This document shows positions 36,946 through 45,296 of a DNA stretch of 64,000 nt, piece by piece (position 1 is the stretch's first letter; the number at the start of each line of letters is the position of its first letter). A program made the position numbers and the translations under genes. Source of the DNA: Planctomycetota bacterium (GTDB taxonomy: Bacteria > Planctomycetota > Phycisphaerae > Phycisphaerales > UBA1924); contig JAFLCN010000020.1 of assembly GCA_017303555.1 (NCBI GenBank), positions 5,021 through 69,020 of the forward strand, written 5' to 3'. The notes below the pieces were generated by a model. It had not been told where the DNA came from. It saw only the letters and a program-made list of their open reading frames with translations, and searched no databases.

Positions 36946-37398
36946 ATGCCCGGCACGCATTCCCAGATGCTCTTTCACATTGTCTTCAGCACGAAACGCC
37001 GCACGCCGTGGATCACACCCGACGTCGCCAAGCGTCTCTACCCGTACATGGGAGGCATCGTCCGTGCCGAGAAGGACGTGCTCTACGAGATCGGAGGCAT
37101 CGAAGATCACGTTCACCTTTTGATTCGCTCGCGCCCGGAGGCATCGATCTCGAATCTCATGCGCACCGTCAAGGCGAGATCGTCCAAGTGGGTGCACGCG
37201 GAGTTTCCGGAACTCAAGAAGTTCGCATGGCAGGAGGGGTTTGGTGCGTTCACAGTCAGCAAGTCTCAGGAACCAGTGGTCAAGCGATACATCGCGCGCC
37301 AGGCGCAGCATCACAAGAAGGAAGATTTCAAATCGGAGTATGTGCGCATGCTTCGGGCGCACGAGATCGAGTTTGAGATGCGGTACTTGTTCGATTGA
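36946..37398 (+). CDS. Y1 (HUH) transposase, IS200/IS605 TnpA / RAYT-like
   Basis: 150 aa. LFHIVFSTKRR, HUH motif DHVHLLI, and a catalytic-Tyr helix VVKRYIARQAQHH. AGGAGA SD. Confidence 0.85.
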   Translation: MPGTHSQMLFHIVFSTKRRTPWITPDVAKRLYPYMGGIVRAEKDVLYEIGGIEDHVHLLIRSRPEASISNLMRTVKARSSKWVHAEFPELKKFAWQEGFGAFTVSKSQEPVVKRYIARQAQHHKKEDFKSEYVRMLRAHEIEFEMRYLFD

Positions 37399-37413
37399 GT
37401 CGTGCGAAGAATT

Positions 37414-37524
37414 CCTCTGCCCCTTTGGGGCAGGATGAAATCCATACGCCGAGTCCACGGGTTGCGCTCGCTCGAAGACTCGCTCGCTCCACCCGTGGCT
37501 ACAAGCCGTGGCCCCTTCGGGGCC
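37414..37524 (-). repeat. Right inverted arm (REP-like, three hairpins)
   Basis: Plus strand reads cctctgcccctttggggcag ... ccacgggttgcgctcgctcgaagactcgctcgctccacccgtgg ... ggccccttcggggcc. Confidence 0.8.
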
Positions 37525-37541
37525 GAATGCAGTGCGCGGTT

Positions 37542-38012
37542 TTATTCATTCGGTCTGGAACGGTTCTTCGGTGTGCCGCATTCCGGGCAATTTGCTTTGG
37601 CCGGTGTCGCGGAACGGTCGTAGCCGCAGTGCGAGCATTTCGCTCCACGAGCGCGAACACCGGCCAGCGTGTCCAACCGAAAAGCCGCAGCCGTACCGAG
37701 CAGTGCGGGCAGTGCGAAGAGCCACAGAGGAATGCCGACATTCCACATGCCCCCGTTCGGATTCACATCGAACCACCACTCAAACCGCCGATCGGCTCGT
37801 TCGATGTACCACTCTCCCCGGCCATCCCAGAGGTGCTCTGTGTCATAAGCACTGCCCCGCAGTTTCCCTGCGTGCACGTAGAAGTTGAGACCACTATCTC
37901 TGTACCAGCCGGTTTCCCACCAGGCGCTTCCCGCCCAGAGCAAGACCAGCAGGCTGGAAAACATCGCCGCCGCCCACTTGGCCACTTTCCTGATCTTGGG
38001 ATGCGGCTTCAT
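37542..38012 (-). CDS. Membrane protein with C-terminal zinc ribbon (CSHCGYD...CPECG)
   Basis: 156 aa. An N-terminal TM helix, a Trp-rich middle, a second TM helix, then KCSHCGYDRSATPAKANCPECGTP. It lies directly downstream of dnaA on the same strand. Confidence 0.6.
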   Translation of the reverse strand: MKPHPKIRKVAKWAAAMFSSLLVLLWAGSAWWETGWYRDSGLNFYVHAGKLRGSAYDTEHLWDGRGEWYIERADRRFEWWFDVNPNGGMWNVGIPLWLFALPALLGTAAAFRLDTLAGVRARGAKCSHCGYDRSATPAKANCPECGTPKNRSRPNE

Positions 38013-38058
38013 GTCGCGGGATTACTCGAATATGCAAACGGGACTTCTCTCCGGCATT

Positions 38059-39675
38059 TCACCCGCTCGCCCGGATCTTGTCCTCGATCGCCTTGAGCTG
38101 TCCGCCGAAATCCGGCTCTGTGTCGCGCCGGTTCTCAACGGCCTTGACGGCGTGCATCACCGTGGTGTGGTCGCGCCCGCCGAAATAGCCGCCGATCTCT
38201 TCGAGCGAGAGCCTTGTCATCCTGCGGGCGAAGTACATGCAGACTTGCCGCGGCACGGTCACGCTGCGGGGGCGCTTCTTGCTCTGGAGATCCGCAAGCC
38301 GGATGCGGAAGAAATCGGTGACCGCCGTGATGATCTGCTGGATGCTCGGCTCGGGCAGGACCTCGGGCGTGCGCTCGTTCATCGCGGCCTTGACCAGCGC
38401 CAGGTCGAGCGGGCGCTTGTCGAGCGACATGTAGATCTGAAGGTTCGTGATCGCCCCTTCGAGCTCGCGGATGTTGGTGTCGATCTTCGCCGCGATGTAG
38501 CAGGCGCAGTCATCGGGGAGCGTGAGGCCGCGATCCCGGGCCTTGGATTTCAGGATCGCGGCCCGAGTCTCGAAGCAGGGCGGATCGATCTTCGCGACCA
38601 GGCCCCACTTGAAGCGGCTCACCAATCGCTCTTCCAGCGAGGGGATCTCTTCCGGCGCCGCGTCCGACGAGAGCAGGATCTGCTTGCCTTCCTGGTAGAG
38701 CGTGTTGAACGTGTGGAAGAACTCTTCCTGCGTCCGGTCGCGCTTGGCCAGGAAGTGGATGTCGTCCACCACCAGCACATCGACATCGCGGAAGCGGTGC
38801 CGGAACTGCGACATCTTGCCCGACTGCACCGATTCCATGAACTGCGTCATGAAACCTTCGCACGAGACGTAGTACACGCGCGCCTGCGGCTTGCGGCTCA
38901 GGATGCGCAGGCACGCCGCCTGGAGCAGGTGCGTTTTGCCCAGACCGACGCCCCCGTGGATGAACAGCGGGTTGTACTGGCGACCCTGGCTCTCGCCCAC
39001 GGCGACTGCCGCGGCATGCGCGAGGCGGTTGCCCGGCCCGACGACGAAACTCTCGAACGAGAAATCCGGGTCGATGACAAGCGAGTACTCGCGCCGTTCA
39101 CCTGTCTCGATGACGATGCGGCTCGCCGGCGGGCTGATCGGACGCACTTCCACCACGGGCGGCTCCGGCCGCTGCGTTTCGGTGGCGGGTACCACCGCAT
39201 CTTCCAATGCGGTCGGCGTCGGGGGCAGGTCGGGGGGGGCGTACGGGTCGGGCAGCGGAGCGCTGCTGTTCAGCGCCGAATCCGGGGCCGAATCTGGTGC
39301 CGAAACTGGTGCCGAATCCGGGGTCGAACCAGAGGCCGATGGGGAGACAAGTTCGGGTGTTGCGGGCGCCGCGACTTCCACCGCCGGGCGCGGCTCGGCA
39401 AATTCTTCTTCGGGCCCCAGAAAGCGGATGGAGATGAGGCGCTGCGAGACCGTGCGCACGGCGTCGTTGAACGCATCGGCGCAGGTGCGCTGCAGGTAGT
39501 TGCGATGGATCTCGGATTGGGCACGCAGGTGCAGCGTGCCGGTCGCCAGGCCCGCGACTTCCAGTTCCTCGAACCAGGCGCGGCAGATCGTCGGGTGCGC
39601 CGCCCGCAGATGCGCGAGCATCTCCTGCCAGAGCTGGCGATCGGGGCTGATGGTGGGAGCGGTGCGGCGTGCCAT
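38059..39675 (-). CDS. dnaA: Chromosomal replication initiator DnaA
   Basis: Walker A GGVGLGKTHLL, VDDIHFL, and the domain IV segment GGRDHTTVMHA. It has a long Pro/Ser/Ala linker. I preferred the ATG at 39675; the alternative start at 39810 would leave only 26 nt of spacer before the ATG (39837) of the divergent neighbour. Confidence 0.9.
   Translation of the reverse strand: MARRTAPTISPDRQLWQEMLAHLRAAHPTICRAWFEELEVAGLATGTLHLRAQSEIHRNYLQRTCADAFNDAVRTVSQRLISIRFLGPEEEFAEPRPAVEVAAPATPELVSPSASGSTPDSAPVSAPDSAPDSALNSSAPLPDPYAPPDLPPTPTALEDAVVPATETQRPEPPVVEVRPISPPASRIVIETGERREYSLVIDPDFSFESFVVGPGNRLAHAAAVAVGESQGRQYNPLFIHGGVGLGKTHLLQAACLRILSRKPQARVYYVSCEGFMTQFMESVQSGKMSQFRHRFRDVDVLVVDDIHFLAKRDRTQEEFFHTFNTLYQEGKQILLSSDAAPEEIPSLEERLVSRFKWGLVAKIDPPCFETRAAILKSKARDRGLTLPDDCACYIAAKIDTNIRELEGAITNLQIYMSLDKRPLDLALVKAAMNERTPEVLPEPSIQQIITAVTDFFRIRLADLQSKKRPRSVTVPRQVCMYFARRMTRLSLEEIGGYFGGRDHTTVMHAVKAVENRRDTEPDFGGQLKAIEDKIRASG
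39275..39334 (-). repeat. In-frame 12-nt tandem repeat (4-5 units) in the dnaA linker
   Basis: Plus strand reads gccgaatccggg gccgaatctggt gccgaaactggt gccgaatccggg gtcgaaccagag. It encodes ...PDSAPVSAPDSAPDSA... Confidence 0.8.
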
Positions 39676-39836
39676 GGGCTGGGTGCGGCGTGCGGGGGCG
39701 GGCTCGGAACGGCGCGCGGTTTCCGACGTGCGCGGAAGATGGTTGGAGCCGTGCGCCGGCGTGGCTGGAGCAATACCCCGATGGCGATCGGTTTCTGCGT
39801 GCGACGACATGCCGGTTCCGATCGGCGTGCTCACGG

Positions 39837-40694
39837 ATGAACCCTCGCGCGTACATCGACCCCGATCCGACAGAAACGCCCCGCCGGGTGCCGCCGAGAA
39901 AATCGGCACGGGGCCAAACGTACCGCCCGGCCGCCGGACTGTCAACCGCCGAAGCTGTACAGTTCGATGTGGGACGCCTCCGCTCCATTCTGACGCGCCC
40001 GGCGGTCTCCGGCGTGCTGTTCATGCTGCTCCTCTACTCGTTGTGGCGTGTCCCCAGCGCCGACACAAGCGACTGTTCGGTGGTCGGCTGGACCCTGCCC
40101 GGACTCAAGGTGGGCAAGGCCGAAACATTCTCGCCCATCACCGTTTATTTGATTCGCGATGGCGAGGGCTTTCGCGTCGAGGACATCGAGAAGAGCAGCA
40201 CGCAGGGGCTGATCGAAGCGCTCGAGAAAGATCCGAACGATGTCGTGCGGGGTTACCTCAACTACGAGCGACACGCCTCCGGCCTGTACGACATCACCTC
40301 TTTCCGCGATGAATACGCCATCGAGATCCGCCCGTTTCGAGGTGTCGCGCTGACCACCGAGCGTGCGGCACGGGCACGGGCCGCGTTCGTGGGCTGGATC
40401 GGTTCCAAACGCGGGGCCAATCTCCCCGGAGTTGCGGAAGCGCTTTCGGATGTGGCTCCATCGAGGCACGCGTTGAATTGGCCGGGCATCGCAAACTCGG
40501 CCTTGGCGCTCGTCGGTTGGACGCTGCTCGTTGTTTCGCTCGGATGGGTGCCGGGCGCGATTCGGGGCTGGCGCCGAAGGCGTGCGGAGCATCTGCTCAG
40601 CCTCGGCAAGTGTCCGCGCTGCAAGTACGAAATTTATGGGCTGAAGGACGGCGTCTGTCCGGAATGCGGCAAGCCGCTGCCAGCTCAGTTCTGA
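39837..40694 (+). CDS. Membrane protein with C-terminal zinc ribbon (CPRCKYE...CPECG)
   Basis: TM helices near both ends; C-terminal KCPRCKYEIYGLKDGVCPECGKPLP. The start is uncertain (ATG at 39837 or GTG at 39969). Confidence 0.5.
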   Translation: MNPRAYIDPDPTETPRRVPPRKSARGQTYRPAAGLSTAEAVQFDVGRLRSILTRPAVSGVLFMLLLYSLWRVPSADTSDCSVVGWTLPGLKVGKAETFSPITVYLIRDGEGFRVEDIEKSSTQGLIEALEKDPNDVVRGYLNYERHASGLYDITSFRDEYAIEIRPFRGVALTTERAARARAAFVGWIGSKRGANLPGVAEALSDVAPSRHALNWPGIANSALALVGWTLLVVSLGWVPGAIRGWRRRRAEHLLSLGKCPRCKYEIYGLKDGVCPECGKPLPAQF

Positions 40695-41527
40695 GGGGGC
40701 TTCGCGCCGGCGGGCATGGAACGCGAAACGGCCTTCAGGGCCCGTTCTGCGATGAAACCGAGAATCCCGAGCGCGAGCACCGTGATCGCGATGCCCAGTG
40801 CCGTTACCCACCATTCCTGCGTCAGGATGAACTCCTGGATGTTCTTGGCTTTCTTTGAGCCCAGTGCCGCGGCAAAGGCCACAATGCCAGTTCGCGGAGC
40901 CAGGCCGATCGCCGTGCCAAGCACGTACGGCAGGAAGCGAACGCCCGAACTCGCGAGGGCAAGGTTGGTGAGCGCAAAGGGCGAATTTGGGGGCAGGCGG
41001 ATCAGCGTGACAACCCAGAGCGTCCGCCAGAAGCCGTGGCCGATGAGCGCATCGCGAATGGCGCGAGCCTTGGCGTTGGAGTTGAGCATCTCCTCCACCT
41101 TGTGCTTGCTCACGCTCTGCGCGATGAAGTACCCGAGAATGCTCCCCCCGACAAACCCGATCATCGCTCCGGGAAATCCGACGGCGAATCCGAACACCCA
41201 CCCGCCCAGCAGCGACTGGCCGTAGGTTGGCAGAAAGCCGATCCCCGCGCTGACGATGAAGACCGCCACGTAGATCAGCCAGCCCCACGGCTCCATCGAT
41301 CGGAGCCACTCGGAAATTGGATCGAGGTTCCAGATCAACAGGCCGCCGAGCACGGCGGGGGCGATCGCCCAGACCGCTCCCAGCACAGCCGTCGGCCCGA
41401 GTTGGCGGATCACTTCCTTGCGGGTGGGCTTGTGGGCTTCCGAGGCGGAATCTGCCCCGGGGGCGGCCGCGTCGGAAGATGGAAGCTGTACGGGAGGCGG
41501 CAATGTTGTGGAATCGGTTTCGGTCAT
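40685..41527 (-). CDS. TVP38/TMEM64 (DedA/SNARE-associated) family membrane protein
   Basis: FLPTYGQSLLGGWVFG and VTLIRLPPNSPFALTNLALASSGVRFLPYVLGTAIGLAPR; 280 aa. Confidence 0.75.
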   Translation of the reverse strand: MTETDSTTLPPPVQLPSSDAAAPGADSASEAHKPTRKEVIRQLGPTAVLGAVWAIAPAVLGGLLIWNLDPISEWLRSMEPWGWLIYVAVFIVSAGIGFLPTYGQSLLGGWVFGFAVGFPGAMIGFVGGSILGYFIAQSVSKHKVEEMLNSNAKARAIRDALIGHGFWRTLWVVTLIRLPPNSPFALTNLALASSGVRFLPYVLGTAIGLAPRTGIVAFAAALGSKKAKNIQEFILTQEWWVTALGIAITVLALGILGFIAERALKAVSRSMPAGAKPPQN

Positions 41528-41633
41528 CGGGCGTGGGAGGGTAGTTCTTCGGAATCGGACAGGACGGATTGCGTGACCGAGAGGTGGCGATCCTGCTGGG
41601 GCATTCCTTCACTAGAGTTGGGCCATTCTCACC

Positions 41634-43289
41634 ATGAACAACCCCACATCCGTTCCTAATTCCTCGCAACCGGCCAAGCAGCCTCAGCCCGGCGGCGCGC
41701 CGGAGGCCCCGCTCCCTCCCCACGTGCTGGAGCAACAAAGACGCACCAATCGCGATGAAGTTCGCAAACTCGGCATGAATCCGTACGGCACGCGTGCGGA
41801 TGGGCTGCTTTCTCTCGCGGATGCGAAGGCGAAGTACGACGACGCGGCGAGCACCGAATTCAACGCCAAAGGCAAGGAACCCGGCTTTGTGGACGGTCGC
41901 CCGCGCGTGACTATCGCCGGCCGCATCATGCTGCTGCGCGATAACGGCAAGCTGCTCTGGCTCAACCTGCGCGACGCGACCGGCGACTTGCAGGTTGCGA
42001 TCAGCCAGAAGGATTGCGCCGAGGCCGGGTTCAAGCTCGCGAAGCTCACCGATCTTGCGGACATCATCGTGGTCAGCGGACGGGTGATGAAGACCAAGAC
42101 CGGCGAGGTCACGGTGTGGGCGGATGATGTGAAGCCGGGCACCAAGAGCCTCGTGCAGCCACCCGAGAAGCACGCGGGATTGAGCGATGTCGAGATTCGC
42201 TATCGCCAGCGCTACACCGATCTCTGGTCGAATCCGGAAACGATGAAAGTGTTCGAGCTGCGCTCGAAGATCGTCGGGCAGTTGCGGCGGTTCATCGAGA
42301 GCCGGGGATACCTGGAAGTTGAGACTCCGATGCTCCAGGCGCTCGCGGGCGGTGCCGCGGCACGTCCGTTCGTCACCAAGATGAACGCGCTCGATATCAA
42401 CCTCTTCATGCGCATCGCGCCCGAACTTTATTTGAAGCGACTGCTCGTCGGAGGCATGCCCAAAGTCTTCGAGATCAACCGCAACTTCCGCAACGAGGGC
42501 CTCGACAAGCAGCATAACCCCGAGTTCACAATGCTCGAGGCGTATCACGCCTTCGGCGATGTCGAAACCGTGATGGAATTGACCGAGAGCGCGATCCGCG
42601 ATGCCGCGACGATGGTGCATCGCACTCTCTCCGCGACACAGGACAATCAGGACTCAGGACCCAGGACTTCTTCGTCCGATGTGATCCTGCCCTTCGGCGA
42701 CCTGCAAATCAACTACAGCAAGCCATTCGAGCGCGTTTCGTACGGCCAGCTCTTCGAGAAGGCCTACGGCTACGCGATGACGGATACGGAGCGCACGCGG
42801 AAGGATCTTGCGACGCGCATGCCGCAGCACGCAGCAGCGATCGGAAACATGGACCCGTGGCTCGTGGTGAACGAGCTCTTCGAGATGAAGGGTGAGGACC
42901 AGCTCGATCACGCCCGACCGACCTTCATTACCGATTACCCCAGCGCCATCTCGCCGCTCACGCGTCCGAAGCCGTCGAACCCTGCGCTTTCCGACCGCGC
43001 CGACCTCTTTATCGCCGGCATGGAAGTCGCGCCGCATTACACCGAGCTCAACGACCCGGACATCCAGGAGGAGCGTTTCAAGGAACAGCTCAAGGGCCTC
43101 GATGCGGAAAAGAACACCGAGGAAAACACCTTCCGCACGATGGATCACGATTTCCTGCGGGCGCTCAAGGTCGGCATGCCCCCGGCGGGAGGCATGGGTC
43201 TTGGTGTCGATCGTCTCGTGATGATTCTCACGAACCAGCGGACGATTCGGGACGTCATGCTCTTCCCGCTGATGCGACCGGAAGCATGA
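41634..43289 (+). CDS. lysS: Lysine--tRNA ligase (class II)
   Basis: OB-fold N-terminal domain, class II motif 2 (FRNEG) and motif 3 (GMGLGVDRLVM); 551 aa. Confidence 0.9.
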   Translation: MNNPTSVPNSSQPAKQPQPGGAPEAPLPPHVLEQQRRTNRDEVRKLGMNPYGTRADGLLSLADAKAKYDDAASTEFNAKGKEPGFVDGRPRVTIAGRIMLLRDNGKLLWLNLRDATGDLQVAISQKDCAEAGFKLAKLTDLADIIVVSGRVMKTKTGEVTVWADDVKPGTKSLVQPPEKHAGLSDVEIRYRQRYTDLWSNPETMKVFELRSKIVGQLRRFIESRGYLEVETPMLQALAGGAAARPFVTKMNALDINLFMRIAPELYLKRLLVGGMPKVFEINRNFRNEGLDKQHNPEFTMLEAYHAFGDVETVMELTESAIRDAATMVHRTLSATQDNQDSGPRTSSSDVILPFGDLQINYSKPFERVSYGQLFEKAYGYAMTDTERTRKDLATRMPQHAAAIGNMDPWLVVNELFEMKGEDQLDHARPTFITDYPSAISPLTRPKPSNPALSDRADLFIAGMEVAPHYTELNDPDIQEERFKEQLKGLDAEKNTEENTFRTMDHDFLRALKVGMPPAGGMGLGVDRLVMILTNQRTIRDVMLFPLMRPEA

Positions 43290-43297
43290 TGCAGAAG

Positions 43298-43329
43298 CCC
43301 CCTCCCTGTGGGAGGGGGTTGGGGGTGGG
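43298..43329 (+). repeat. GC-palindromic element CCCCCTCCC-TGT-GGGAGGGGG-TT-GGGGG-T-GGG, 9 nt after the lysS stop
   Basis: Read directly. A near-identical copy is at 56241-56272. Confidence 0.85.
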
Positions 43330-43527
43330 TTGCGTTTTTGGATTCGGGTTTCTTGATGCCGCGGCGTCCTGAGGAGCCCTTCTCAGAACCTATCAAGGAA
43401 TCGCCAGGTTTTTGTCACACGACCCCTCTTTCGATCGCCCATACCCCTGAGCGCCTCGCGGCAGGCGCCATTCGAATCTCCTGACATGGAGGCTTTCAGA
43501 TGGGCATGACTCGAAAGTACTTGATGT

Positions 43528-44622
43528 GTGGCGGCCAGAGGGCGACTTGCGGTCAGGATCGCGGGGGGGGGGGCAGGGTCTTTCCGCAGGATCGTGGGGA
43601 CAGGCGCTCTGCTGCTGGCCTTGACGGCGGGCGGCTGTTCCAACGCCGAACGCATCCAAAGAATCTATGACGAAGAACGTCAGAGTTTTGTCAAAGAGCG
43701 TGACGAAACAATGCGCGCCGCTGAACGCACGCCGAATCCTGAACAAAACAAGCAACGGGTGTGGGACCTCTATCTTGAGCTGGGGGCAGACCTCAGGAGG
43801 GCGCGAGATAAAGCACTATCTGGCGACATCGAAGGCGCCCAGCGCCTCCGCGAACAGGCTTGGGAAAAGGTGCGGAACCTAATTCCTGGAATCGAAGACC
43901 TGAAGCCATTCTACAAACCCACGATTCCAAACCACATCCCCCAGTTGTCGCTCACGCTGGATGTGTCGGGCTACGGCACCGCGGTACCTGAGGCTGCGAG
44001 TGCTCTGGGTGTGCCCACCCTTGATCAAAACGGCAACGCCGTCTATATCCCGGCCCCCTCGGAGATGATGGACTATTCCCTCTACGGGACAGCGGTGCTG
44101 GCCGACGCCCAGGGTTCGTACGGGGTATCGGTTTCCGGAGACTTCAACTTCACCATCGTCCCGAACGACGAGGGATTCTCCGGTCGATTGAATGACGGAG
44201 AGATGTCCTTCTACACCGGCAATGGCTGGATCACACTCACGCCGGTCAACACCGACTTCAACTTCATCAACATTGGGGGCGACGGCCAAGGCGCGATCGA
44301 GACATCGCTCAAGGTCACCGCCTCGGACGCCGACGCTGCGATTTGTCTCCCGGTCTACGTCCGTCTCCGGATTCCGATCACGCAGACCGCGTACGGGTGG
44401 CGGGCCAACTTCCCCGCGATGCCTCTCTCGAGCTTGGCGCCCAAGCCCCCCAATCCGATCCGCGATTACAATAAGGACGGCCTACTTGATTTCGCGTCCG
44501 ACTACGCCGCGTTCATGGTCGACTACAACGCGCACGCCTATTTCACCGATCGAAACGGCGACGGCACGTGGACCCAGGCGGACGTGGATCGCTGGATTCA
44601 GGAGTTCAACGGCAATGACTAA
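43528..44622 (+). CDS. Lipoprotein with a C-terminal EF-hand/dockerin-like pair (hypothetical)
   Basis: Lipobox LLALTAGGCS. The C-terminus reads DYNKDGLLDFASDYAAFMVDY...DRNGDGTWTQADVDRWIQEF. The GTG start at 43528 is uncertain because a G11 run lies inside the signal-peptide coding region. Confidence 0.6.
   Translation: MAARGRLAVRIAGGGAGSFRRIVGTGALLLALTAGGCSNAERIQRIYDEERQSFVKERDETMRAAERTPNPEQNKQRVWDLYLELGADLRRARDKALSGDIEGAQRLREQAWEKVRNLIPGIEDLKPFYKPTIPNHIPQLSLTLDVSGYGTAVPEAASALGVPTLDQNGNAVYIPAPSEMMDYSLYGTAVLADAQGSYGVSVSGDFNFTIVPNDEGFSGRLNDGEMSFYTGNGWITLTPVNTDFNFINIGGDGQGAIETSLKVTASDADAAICLPVYVRLRIPITQTAYGWRANFPAMPLSSLAPKPPNPIRDYNKDGLLDFASDYAAFMVDYNAHAYFTDRNGDGTWTQADVDRWIQEFNGND
43563..43573 (+). 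repeat. G11 homopolymer inside the 5' end of the lipoprotein gene
   Basis: Read directly (gcg ggg ggg ggg gca). Confidence 0.9.
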
Positions 44623-45127
44623 GCAACACCACATCCTTCTTCGGTTCACCATGTCGTTGATTCTGTGCGGTGCGATGGTGGGCGCGGCTTGTGCGTCGGC
44701 AATGGCTCTAAGAGAGCCACGCATGATCGCGCCGGTCGCGCCACCCGCGCTCGGTGACGATCCAAACGAGTTGCTCTGGCAATGCCGCGAGGAACAACGC
44801 TGGGGTGTCGTTCTGGAAACCCTGTACTGGACCAGCTACAAGACCTACAAAGATCGCTGGACGAAGGAACTTCAAGATGAACTGCTCTGGGTGCAGACTC
44901 GCTGGGATTACGTCGAGATTTTCTATCTGAAGGACATCGATCAGTCTCGAGTTGACGGGAGTCTCGGTCAGAAGCTGAAGCAGGCCCGAGAGGAACTTAC
45001 TCAGATCCGAGAGCGTCGGATCAGGCTCACGCAGAAGATTTTGCGGGACGTCTTTGGAACGAAGCCCGGAGTTCGGGATCTTGAGGCTTTCGACCTTCCT
45101 GGCCCCTTGCCGGCAGAAGCGAAGTAG
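44615..45127 (+). CDS. Small secreted or membrane-anchored hypothetical protein
   Basis: The ATG at 44615 overlaps the upstream stop by 8 nt. N-terminal hydrophobic segment FTMSLILCGAMVGAACASA. A strong terminator follows. Confidence 0.5.
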   Translation: MTKQHHILLRFTMSLILCGAMVGAACASAMALREPRMIAPVAPPALGDDPNELLWQCREEQRWGVVLETLYWTSYKTYKDRWTKELQDELLWVQTRWDYVEIFYLKDIDQSRVDGSLGQKLKQAREELTQIRERRIRLTQKILRDVFGTKPGVRDLEAFDLPGPLPAEAK

Positions 45128-45173
45128 CCCTTTCGTAATCGTTGCATGATCGACCGAAGGCTTGTGGCGAAAC

Positions 45174-45201
45174 GCGTCGTGCGAAAGGCACGACGCTTTT
45201 T
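45174..45201 (+). terminator. Intrinsic terminator after the 43528-45127 two-gene unit
   Basis: GCGTCGTGC-gaaag-GCACGACGC, a perfect 9-bp stem, followed by T5. Confidence 0.8.
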
Positions 45202-45296
45202 AATGGTACAGTTCCAAGTCACCATGTTCGATGACATTCTCCGCAGCGGGTACAAGGGAACTCGCAACCCTCAGATTGTTCGATGCGCCACGCACA

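Larger units (their letters stand above)
36764..37524 (+). mobile_element. RAYT/IS200-like unit: Y1 transposase gene bracketed by ~110-bp inverted multi-hairpin arms
   Basis: The left arm (36764-36876) and the reverse complement of the right arm (37414-37524) align at roughly 80-85% by eye. Each arm has hairpins GGCCCC-N3-GGGGCC, CCACGGGT...ACCCGTGG and (C)TGCCCC-N3-GGGGCAG. Confidence 0.7.

Noticed and set aside
39676-39968. Possible oriC immediately upstream of dnaA
   Set aside because: The region is GC-rich, has no TTATCCACA-like boxes and no AT-rich unwinding element, and part of it probably encodes the N-terminus of the divergent membrane protein.
39942-42620. 892-aa minus-strand ORF
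   Set aside because: It is antisense to lysS and out of frame with the TVP38-family gene. The translation is Arg/Gly/Pro-rich with no motifs, while the overlapping genes have clear family signatures. It is a typical high-GC shadow ORF.
43298-43341. The CCCCCTCCC/GGGAGGGGG hairpin as the canonical lysS intrinsic terminator
   Set aside because: The T5 run begins 16 nt after the stem instead of directly after it, and the same element occurs inside a coding region at 56241. I therefore treat it as a repeat element, though it may still pause transcription.
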